Origin: Desulfobacteraceae bacterium UBA5852
Lineage (GTDB): Bacteria > Desulfobacterota > Desulfobacteria > Desulfobacterales > UBA5852
Length of the DNA: 39,750 nucleotides
NCBI GenBank assembly: GCA_002432195.1
Contig: DJGG01000040.1
Span: 19,392-59,141 of the forward strand
Reading direction: 5' to 3'
The number at the start of each line of letters is the position of its first letter. The first letter of the stretch is position 1. A program made the position numbers and the translations under genes. Below, piece by piece: positions 33,533 through 39,750 of the stretch. Under the pieces are notes generated by a model. It saw only the letters and a program-made list of their open reading frames with translations, had not been told where the DNA came from and did no database searches.

Positions 33533-34072
33533 ATGCAGGCACGCGGGCCGCTCATGATCGAGCACCGGCTGATCGAACGGATGCTCACGGTGGTGGAAGG
33601 GGTGGTGGCGGATATCGAAGCCACGCAAAAGGTGGATCCGGTCTTCGTGGACACGGCGGTGGATTTCATCCGGTTTTACGCCGACCGGACCCATCACGGC
33701 AAGGAAGAGGACATCCTTTTCCGGGAGCTGAAAAAGAAGCCCCTGTCGCCCGCGGACCAGCGGGTCATGGAAGAGCTCGTTGCGGAGCACGTGACCGGCC
33801 GGGAGACCACCCGGGCGCTTGTGGCCGCCAACTCGCGCTACCGCAACGGGGACGCGGCCGCCCTGGCAGACATCGCCAGGCACCTCAAGATGCTCACGGA
33901 ATTCTATCCCCGGCACATCGCCAAGGAAGACAAGGTGTTTTTCCCGGCTTCCCGGGGCTACTTCACCGGGGACGAGGACCAGGCCATGCTGGCCGAGTTC
34001 TGGGAGTTCGACCGGCAGATGATCCACGAGAAGTACGCCGCCGTGGTGGAAGGGTTTGAAAAGCGCGCCTAA
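33533..34072 (+). CDS. Hemerythrin (HHE cation-binding) domain protein
   Basis: ORF 33506..34072. ATG 33533 follows GGGAGG. Motifs LMIEHRLIERM, HHGKEEDILF and HIAKEDKVFF. Confidence 0.8.
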   Translation: MQARGPLMIEHRLIERMLTVVEGVVADIEATQKVDPVFVDTAVDFIRFYADRTHHGKEEDILFRELKKKPLSPADQRVMEELVAEHVTGRETTRALVAANSRYRNGDAAALADIARHLKMLTEFYPRHIAKEDKVFFPASRGYFTGDEDQAMLAEFWEFDRQMIHEKYAAVVEGFEKRA

Positions 34073-34096
34073 AGACGAGGAAGGATCGGGACCGAG

Positions 34097-34588
34097 ATGC
34101 GCGTCGAACCGGCCGGCTTGGAGGATGTGGAAGGGTGGCTGGCCCTCGCCCGGGAGGTCGAGCCCCTTTTCGGCCCCATGGTGGAATCGGCGGATTTCCA
34201 GGCGGCCTTGAGACAGGCCATCGGGCGCCACGAGGCGTTCTGCATCCGTTCCAGGCCTGAGGGTACGCCCCTGGTGTTGGAGGGGGCGGTGGTGGTGTCC
34301 AAGGCCGCCAACGAAATCGCCTGGCTGGCCGTATCGGCAGACCACCGGGGGCAGGGGCACGGCAGGGCGCTGCTCACGGCGGCCCTCACGCACCTCGATC
34401 CGACCCGACCGGTAACGGTCCAGACGTTTGCGGCCACGGTTCCCGAAGGCCAGGCCGCAAGGGACCTCTACCGCGGATTCGGGTTCACTGACCAAGAAGA
34501 CGGCGGCTTGAATCCTGCCGGCGTGCCCACCGTCATTATGCAATTGGAAGCCGAAGCCCTTTTGAAAGCCGCGACCAACCACGGTTGA
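34097..34588 (+). CDS. GNAT family N-acetyltransferase
   Basis: 163 aa. LAVSADHRGQGHGRALL is motif A. Confidence 0.75.
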   Translation: MRVEPAGLEDVEGWLALAREVEPLFGPMVESADFQAALRQAIGRHEAFCIRSRPEGTPLVLEGAVVVSKAANEIAWLAVSADHRGQGHGRALLTAALTHLDPTRPVTVQTFAATVPEGQAARDLYRGFGFTDQEDGGLNPAGVPTVIMQLEAEALLKAATNHG

Positions 34589-34605
34589 CCCCCAAGAGCT
34601 TTTCC

Positions 34606-35106
34606 ATGATCATAAGGCCAGAAGAACAAGCGGATATCGATGCCATCACCTGCGTCACCATCGCTGCCTTCCGGGATCACCCCTTCAGCCACCAGACCGA
34701 GCAATTCATCGTCCTGGCCCTGCGGCAAGCCCGGGCGCTGACGGTGTCGCTGGTGGCCGGGATCGACGGGCAGGTGGTGGGCCACATCGCCTTCTCGCCG
34801 GTCGCGATTGCCGACGGCACGCCGGACTGGTACGGCCTCGGCCCCATCGCCGTGCTTCCCGCGCATCAGGGCCGGGGAATCGGAAAGGCCCTGGTAAAAG
34901 AAGGGCTGTCCCGGCTCAAATCCATAGGGGGCCGGGGGTGCGTGCTGGTGGGGGACCCGGCTTACTACCCGCGGTTCGGCTTCAGGAATATCCCGGGGCT
35001 GATCTACGAAGGCGTCCCGCCGGAGGTTTTTATGGCCCTGCCCTTCGGCCAGGGCGTGCCCCAGGGCCCCGTGGTGTTCCACGAGGCGTTTGCCGCGAAG
35101 GGCTGA
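34606..35106 (+). CDS. GNAT family N-acetyltransferase (YhbS-like)
   Basis: ORF 34585..35106 trimmed to ATG 34606 (MIIRPEEQADIDAI..). LGPIAVLPAHQGRGIGKALV and YYPRFGF. Confidence 0.8.
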   Translation: MIIRPEEQADIDAITCVTIAAFRDHPFSHQTEQFIVLALRQARALTVSLVAGIDGQVVGHIAFSPVAIADGTPDWYGLGPIAVLPAHQGRGIGKALVKEGLSRLKSIGGRGCVLVGDPAYYPRFGFRNIPGLIYEGVPPEVFMALPFGQGVPQGPVVFHEAFAAKG

Positions 35107-35267
35107 GCCTGGGCCATGGCCGGAATACCATCGCGGCTTCCAGGGCCGCTTCCCAGGGGAGACGGAAACCGCCAGGACGCACCCGGAGAACAGGGGCCGG
35201 AAGAGTTGACGGCGTCTCTTTCCGGCGAACGCGGGCTGCACTCCTCCGGAAGCCAGGAAAGGGAATC

Positions 35268-35942
35268 ATGGACCTCATCGAAGCCATCAAGAAGCGCAAG
35301 AGCATCCGGGATTTCAGGAAAGACCCCGTACCCCGGGCGGTGATCCGGGAGATCCTGGAAATCGCCTGCCGGGCGCCATCGGCCATGAACTCCCAGCCCT
35401 GGGAGTTCACCGTCATCGCCAACGACGCCCTGGAGGCCATGCGCAGGGCCTGCATGGAGAAGCTGGCATCGGGCGCAACCCCGCATTCGGAGCACTCCGT
35501 GGTGGGGTGGCCCAAGGACAGCGTCTACCGCCGGCGGCAGGTGGAGCTGGCCAAGGAGCTTTTCCGCCTCATGGACATCCGGCGGGAGGAGGCCGACAAG
35601 CGCCGGCAGTGGACCGAACGGGGTTTCCGGTTCTTCAACGCCCCGGCGGTGATCGTGATCTGCGTGGACCGGATGCTCGCGGAAGGCACCCCCATCTTCG
35701 ACACCGGGTGCGTGACCCAGACCATCTGTCTCGCGGCCCTGCACTACGGCCTGGGCACCTGCATCGAGGACCAGGCGGTCATGTTCCCCGAGGTGCTGCG
35801 GCAGCATTGCGGCATCCCCGCGACCAAGCAGATCGTCATGGCGGTGGCCATCGGCTACCCCAACTGGGATTTCCCGGCCAACCGCATCGAAACCGCCCGC
35901 GAACCGGTGGAGGCCCTCACGACGTGGTGCGGGTTCGACTGA
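35268..35942 (+). CDS. Nitroreductase family protein
   Basis: In frame with ORF 34938..35942. ATG 35268. MDLIEAIKKRKSIRDFRKDPVP...APSAMNSQPWEF. Confidence 0.88.
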   Translation: MDLIEAIKKRKSIRDFRKDPVPRAVIREILEIACRAPSAMNSQPWEFTVIANDALEAMRRACMEKLASGATPHSEHSVVGWPKDSVYRRRQVELAKELFRLMDIRREEADKRRQWTERGFRFFNAPAVIVICVDRMLAEGTPIFDTGCVTQTICLAALHYGLGTCIEDQAVMFPEVLRQHCGIPATKQIVMAVAIGYPNWDFPANRIETAREPVEALTTWCGFD

Positions 35943-36122
35943 CCCTTCGGCGGGTGTCGGCGGTCCGCGGCCAGCAGCGCCGCGGCCATTGAAATGGCCC
36001 CCGACGATGACCAGCAACTGGGGCAGCCCGGAGGCCGGTGATGCCCGTCCGTCGGCCGGCACCCTCCCCAGGAATCCCCACCCCTGGCCCCGAGGCGGCC
36101 CGGCGCCGTAAAGGAGACCGCC

Positions 36123-36683
36123 ATGACATCCGCATCCATCCTCTGGCGGCGCGTAGATCGGCCCGGTCACGAGGCGGCCCATTTGCGGGCCGTGGGGGTC
36201 GGCTGGAGGCTCGCCGGATCGGCCGTCTTCGCCCACGAAGGGGCGCCCTGCCATCTGGTCTATGCGGTGGCCTGCGATGCGGCCTGGCGCACCGTCTCCG
36301 CGACGGTCGAGGGGCGGGTGGGATCCACGCCGGTGGCCATCCGGGTGGAGGCGGACGGGGAGGGGCGCTGGCGCGTGAACGGCGCCGATTGCCCTTCGGT
36401 GGAGGGCTGTCGCGATGTCGACTTGAACTTCAGCCCCTCCACGAACCTGCTGCCCATCCGGCGTCTCGGCCTTGCGGTCGGGCAAGAGGCCCGGGTGCGC
36501 GCCGCCTGGCTGCGCTTCCCCGGGTTCACCCTGGAGCCCCTGGATCAGGTGTACCGGCGGACCGGGCCCTCCACCTACCGCTACGCCAGCCACGACGGCC
36601 GCTTCGTGCGCGATCTCGAGGTCACCGAGGCCGGGTTCGTCACCGACTACCCCGGTTTCTGGAGCCTGGAAGCGGGCGGATAG
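36123..36683 (+). CDS. Putative glycolipid-binding domain protein (PF06475-like)
   Basis: 186 aa with AAGGAG RBS. ILWRRVDRPGHEAAHL..., ..VDLNFSPSTNLLPIRRL.. and ..YRY....GF. The family is recalled from pattern only. Confidence 0.65.
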   Translation: MTSASILWRRVDRPGHEAAHLRAVGVGWRLAGSAVFAHEGAPCHLVYAVACDAAWRTVSATVEGRVGSTPVAIRVEADGEGRWRVNGADCPSVEGCRDVDLNFSPSTNLLPIRRLGLAVGQEARVRAAWLRFPGFTLEPLDQVYRRTGPSTYRYASHDGRFVRDLEVTEAGFVTDYPGFWSLEAGG

Positions 36684-36804
36684 GGTCGTGTACCGGAAGC
36701 ATCCGGGATTGCCACATCGCGGGCCGGCCAACGGTTCCGGTCGGTCCTGTTTTCATTGCCTATTTCCGGGACACGATGTGCGTGGTGTGCCCGGGAGGCC
36801 TTCC

Positions 36805-36930
36805 ATGACCTATCCCCTCCTCGACAGCGCGCGCCTGGTCTGGTTCGGCCCGGCCTGCGTGGGCGTCCTGCTGGCCGGCATTCCGATCCTCTTCTTCATG
36901 GGCCGCAAGCTGGCCCGCTGTTGCGGGTGA
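36805..36930 (+). CDS. Possible small membrane protein (41 aa)
   Basis: ATG 36805 lies 7 nt after GGGAGG. MTYPLLDSARLVWFGPACVGVLLAGIPILFFMGRKLARCCG has one TM helix. A terminator-like hairpin lies downstream. Confidence 0.35.
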   Translation: MTYPLLDSARLVWFGPACVGVLLAGIPILFFMGRKLARCCG

Positions 36931-36989
36931 AACCGCCGCCTGCCGGGCCCCTTGCCCCCAGTCCCCCGAACCCCCATCGGCGCTTGCGT

Positions 36990-37013
36990 GGCAGAGATTG
37001 GCTGCCTTTTTTT
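36990..37013 (+). terminator. Weak intrinsic terminator
   Basis: GGCAG (36990-36994) pairs with CTGCC (37002-37006) around a 7-nt loop, followed by seven T (37007-37013). Confidence 0.4.
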
Positions 37014-37016
37014 AGC

Positions 37017-37046
37017 TTGACAAAAAGTGGGGGCCCCTCCTAATGT
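37017..37046 (+). promoter_or_regulatory. Candidate sigma70 promoter of the GntR-family gene
   Basis: TTGACA (37017-37022), an 18-nt spacer, then TAATGT (37041-37046). The -10 overlaps the first ATG of track ORF 37043, which argues for a downstream start. Confidence 0.45.
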
Positions 37047-37081
37047 GCACATCAATGTGTTCTTGCCGTGAAGGAAACTCC

Positions 37082-37735
37082 GTGGGCAAGGAAAACCTCG
37101 AAGAGTACGCCTACAACGCCATCGTCCGGTTGATCCAGGCGAATCATTTCAAGCCCGGGGATTTCCTGCTGGAAACGGAGCTTTCGGACCTCTTCGGCCT
37201 CAAGAGCCGCACCCCGGTGCGCCATGCCCTGGGCCAGCTGGTGGCCAAGGGCTTCCTGGAGAAGAAGAAAAAGAAGGGCTGCTACATCCCTCCGGTGAGC
37301 GCGGAGGATGCCCGGCATGTGTTCTACGCCCGGGAGATCGTCGAGGGCAGTTCGGCCTATTGTGCCGCGCGGCAGGCCACCCCGGAAGACATCGCCGATT
37401 TGCGCGCCATCGTCGCCCTGGAGGCGCAAATCGGGGGTTCCGGCAACAAGCTCGACTATTCCAAGCTGAACGAACGCTTCCACGCCACCATCGGCCGCAT
37501 CGGGCGCAACGCCTACCTGGCGCGCTACAGCGAGCACCTTTTCTGGCGCTCCACGATCTACGTGTTTCTCTTCGGGGGGTACTACACGCAACCGGATTTC
37601 GTGCGGCACATGCTCTCGCCGCCGCAGCACATCGGCATTGTCGACGCCATTGGCAACCGCGCCGCCGAAACGGCCCGGGACCTCATGGCGCATCACGTCC
37701 GCTTTACCTTCGAGCGGATTTTCAACCTGATCTGA
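37082..37735 (+). CDS. GntR family transcriptional regulator (FadR/FCD-type C-terminal domain)
   Basis: In frame with ORF 37043..37735. GTG 37082 lies 6 nt after AAGGA. wHTH ..FKPGDFLLETELSDLFGLKSRTPVRHALGQLVAKGFLEKK.. followed by a helical FCD-like domain. Alternative starts are 37043 and 37055. Confidence 0.8.
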   Translation: MGKENLEEYAYNAIVRLIQANHFKPGDFLLETELSDLFGLKSRTPVRHALGQLVAKGFLEKKKKKGCYIPPVSAEDARHVFYAREIVEGSSAYCAARQATPEDIADLRAIVALEAQIGGSGNKLDYSKLNERFHATIGRIGRNAYLARYSEHLFWRSTIYVFLFGGYYTQPDFVRHMLSPPQHIGIVDAIGNRAAETARDLMAHHVRFTFERIFNLI

Positions 37736-37823
37736 AGCGGGCGGGTCTTCGATAGGCACAGAGGGATGGCAGGCACCGGATGGACGGCATGGGAGCGCAT
37801 TCAATCGAAGAAGGAGAACGGCC

Positions 37824-39377
37824 ATGAACAAGTGGAAGGTGATGCTGCAGGTGGTGGTGTGTCTCGCCCTGGTCTGGGCGCCCTGGGTGGGGGCGGCCGG
37901 ACCGGACACGCTGGTGGTGGGGGTTTCCTCGGATATCCACACCCTGGACTCGGGGGTTTCCAGCGACAATTACGACTGGCGCCAGATCTACCCCTGCTAC
38001 GACCGCCTGGTGAAATACAAGGTGGTGGGCGGCAAGGGCTCCACCGAGGTGGAGCCCCAGGCGGCGGAGTCCTGGACCGTTTCCAACGACGGCACGGTGT
38101 GGACCTTCAAGATCCGCAAGGGGATCCAATTCGACGACGGCACGCCCCTGGACGCGGCGGCGGTGGAGTTCGCCTTCAACCGCACCCTGAAGATCGCCAA
38201 GGGCCCGGCGGACAACATCGGCGCCATCCAGTCCATGCGCGTGGTGGATCCGCTCACCCTGGAGGTCACGCTGAAGAACGCCTACGGCCCCTTCCTCCAG
38301 ACGCTGGCCACCGACGGCGCCAGCATCGTCAACCCCAAGGTCATGCAGCATGAAAAGGACGGGGACCTGGCCCAGGCCTGGCTGGCGGAGCACACGGACG
38401 GCAGCGGGCCCTTCAAGCTTACGGAGTGGGCCCGGGGGCAGCAGGCCGTGCTGGAAGCCAAGTCCGGTTATTGGGGCGGAGCCCCCAAGGTGAAAAAAGT
38501 GATCATCCGCTTCATGACCGAATCGGCCGACCGCCGCATGGCCCTGGAGCGGGGCGACATCGACATCGCCGAAAACATTCTCATCGACCAGATTCCGGCC
38601 CTGGAGAAAAACCCGGCGATCGTCGTGGAGCGGCACCCCTCCCAGTTGGTGGAGTACGTCTACATCAACAACCAGAAGGCTCCCCTGGACAACCCCAAGG
38701 TCCGCCAGGCCCTGTGCTACGCCGTGGACTACAAGGGGATCATCGACCACGTGCTTCAGGGCAATGGTGTCCAGATGCGCGGGCCCGTGCCCCAGGGGAT
38801 GTGGGGGCACAAGCCCGACCTCTTCCAGCATTCCAAGGACGCCGCCAAGGCCAAGGCCCTGCTGAAGGAGGCCGGCTTCGACGGCGGGCTCGACCTCACC
38901 CTGATCTACTCCGAGCGGCGTCCCTCCTGGGAGCAGATCGCCACCATCCTCCAGAGCAACTTCGCCGAGATCGGCGTCAACCTGAAGCTCGAGCTGATGG
39001 CCAACCCCACCCTGCGGGACCGCATGGACAAGGGCGATTTCGAGCTCTGCCTGGGGGCCTGGAGCCCGGACTTCGCTGACCCCTACATGTTCATGAACTT
39101 CTGGTTCGACTCCAAGAACGGGGGACTGCCCGGCAACCGCAGCTTTTACAAGAATGACCAGGTGGACACCCTGATCCGCAAGGCCGCCAGCATCGCCGAC
39201 CAGGCCGAGCGCACCAAGCTCTACCACCAGGCCCAGGAGATCATCATGAAGGAGGCGCCCTACATCTTCCTCTACCAGGTGCAGACCATCGTGCCCCTGC
39301 GGAAGAACGTGAAGGGCTTCATCTTCAACCCCATGCTCGAGTCCATGTACAATTTCGAAAACATCTCCAAGCAGTGA
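37824..39377 (+). CDS. ABC transporter substrate-binding protein, family 5 (peptide/nickel, DppA/OppA-like)
   Basis: 517 aa with AGGAG RBS and a signal peptide. Typical ..YDRLV.Y.., W.F.IRKGI.F.DGTP, GPFKL.EW and SPDFADPY blocks. Confidence 0.9.
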   Translation: MNKWKVMLQVVVCLALVWAPWVGAAGPDTLVVGVSSDIHTLDSGVSSDNYDWRQIYPCYDRLVKYKVVGGKGSTEVEPQAAESWTVSNDGTVWTFKIRKGIQFDDGTPLDAAAVEFAFNRTLKIAKGPADNIGAIQSMRVVDPLTLEVTLKNAYGPFLQTLATDGASIVNPKVMQHEKDGDLAQAWLAEHTDGSGPFKLTEWARGQQAVLEAKSGYWGGAPKVKKVIIRFMTESADRRMALERGDIDIAENILIDQIPALEKNPAIVVERHPSQLVEYVYINNQKAPLDNPKVRQALCYAVDYKGIIDHVLQGNGVQMRGPVPQGMWGHKPDLFQHSKDAAKAKALLKEAGFDGGLDLTLIYSERRPSWEQIATILQSNFAEIGVNLKLELMANPTLRDRMDKGDFELCLGAWSPDFADPYMFMNFWFDSKNGGLPGNRSFYKNDQVDTLIRKAASIADQAERTKLYHQAQEIIMKEAPYIFLYQVQTIVPLRKNVKGFIFNPMLESMYNFENISKQ

Positions 39378-39387
39378 TGATCGCCGC

Positions 39388-39416
39388 CCGGCCGGGGAGC
39401 TTGGCTCCCCGGCCGG
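39388..39416 (+). terminator. GC-rich hairpin after the SBP gene (attenuator or mRNA-stabilising stem; no U-tract)
   Basis: CCGGCCGGGGAGC pairs with GCTCCCCGGCCGG across a 3-nt loop, 11 nt after the stop. It lies between the SBP and permease genes of the same operon. Confidence 0.4.
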
Positions 39417-39429
39417 ACACCGATCTATA

Positions 39430-39464
39430 AATTCGAAATTCGAATCTCGAAACTCGAAACTGGA
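39430..39464 (+). repeat. Five tandem degenerate heptamers (AATTCGA AATTCGA ATCTCGA AACTCGA AACTGGA)
   Basis: Read directly from the sequence. Intergenic, between the SBP and permease genes. Confidence 0.7.
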
Positions 39465-39645
39465 ATGCCGGGGAGGCGGGCGAGCGGGAGCATCGGCAGC
39501 CTCGGCCCGGAAGCCACGTGCCGATTGGATTGGGCTTCGGAAGCGTCGATTCGGCTGAAAGCCGGGGGGCGGGGCTCCCCGGCCCGCCCGAGGGACGCGC
39601 GCAAGGCTTGTCTAAGGATGGACGGAAGGCACCGGAACACCCCCC

Positions 39646-39750
39646 ATGCGCATCCTGCAATACATCCTGCGGCGCCTGCTGTACCTGGTTCCGGTCCTCG
39701 TGGGGGTCACCATCCTGGTCTTCGTGATCTCCCATGCCATTCCCGGGGAA
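39646..39750 (+). CDS. ABC transporter permease (DppB/OppB type), N-terminal fragment running off the right edge
   Basis: Hand translation from ATG 39646 gives MRILQYILRRLLYLVPVLVGVTILVFVISHAIPG, the canonical N-terminus of the family. Open to the window end, so it is not in the ORF track. Confidence 0.8.
   Translation, partial: MRILQYILRRLLYLVPVLVGVTILVFVISHAIPGE

Noticed and set aside
33222-33542. Minus-strand 106-aa ORF between the DJ-1 and hemerythrin genes
   Set aside because: It overlaps the 3' end of the DJ-1/PfpI gene, its C-terminal half is Pro/Gly/Ser-rich shadow sequence, and no family motif was recognised.
39430-39464. Heptamer tandem repeats, and the various direct repeats in the window, considered as CRISPR arrays
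   Set aside because: The units are 7 nt with no spacers. The ~150-bp repeats are 9.5 kb apart. Nothing has the 25-40-nt repeat/spacer periodicity of a CRISPR array, and no cas genes are present.

Overview
39.75-kb window of a high-GC bacterial chromosome. Gene content (cobalamin riboswitch, DUF2284, flavoredoxin-type flavin reductase, hemerythrin, TauE) hints at an anaerobic proteobacterium or Desulfobacterota-like host, but taxonomy cannot be proven here. Most long ORFs in the supplied track are Arg/Pro/Gly-rich shadow frames of real genes. I chose real genes by recognisable family motifs, RBS/start context and codon texture.

Layout:
(i) 1-13.26 kb is core-like. It holds a cobalamin riboswitch in front of an edge-truncated O-methyltransferase/DUF2284 fusion, which is missing from the ORF track. 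It also holds a five-gene envelope lipoprotein module, an FGE-family protein, an OYE flavoenzyme, a saccharopine-dehydrogenase-like protein, TauE, a flavin reductase and a signal-peptide (LigE-type) ATP-dependent DNA ligase.
(ii) About 13.3-31.0 kb is a compositionally mosaic accessory region with all genes on the + strand. It contains a GNAT remnant, small cargo genes, RidA-PhzF, a decayed toxin-antitoxin remnant, HicB/HicA, and a type I R-M operon (HTH-fused hsdM, chimeric hsdS, hsdR, short HEXXH peptidase). It ends with a strongly AT-rich block at 26.6-30.8 kb.
(iii) 31.0-39.75 kb returns to high GC. It holds EamA, CMD, DJ-1/PfpI, hemerythrin, two GNATs, nitroreductase, a glycolipid-binding-domain protein, a GntR regulator and the start of a peptide/nickel-type ABC transporter.

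No rRNA, intact tRNA, CRISPR array, integrase or transposase was seen.

Main hunt result: the AT-rich block next to the R-M system encodes a tail-anchored membrane protein, a coiled-coil TIR protein, a TcmP / three-Cys Gp37-Gp68 (DUF5131) pair and a GNAT. The genes are separated by attC-like imperfect palindromes. I regard it as a candidate uncharacterised defence or DNA-modification island. All family calls come from reading motifs by eye; no database search was run.
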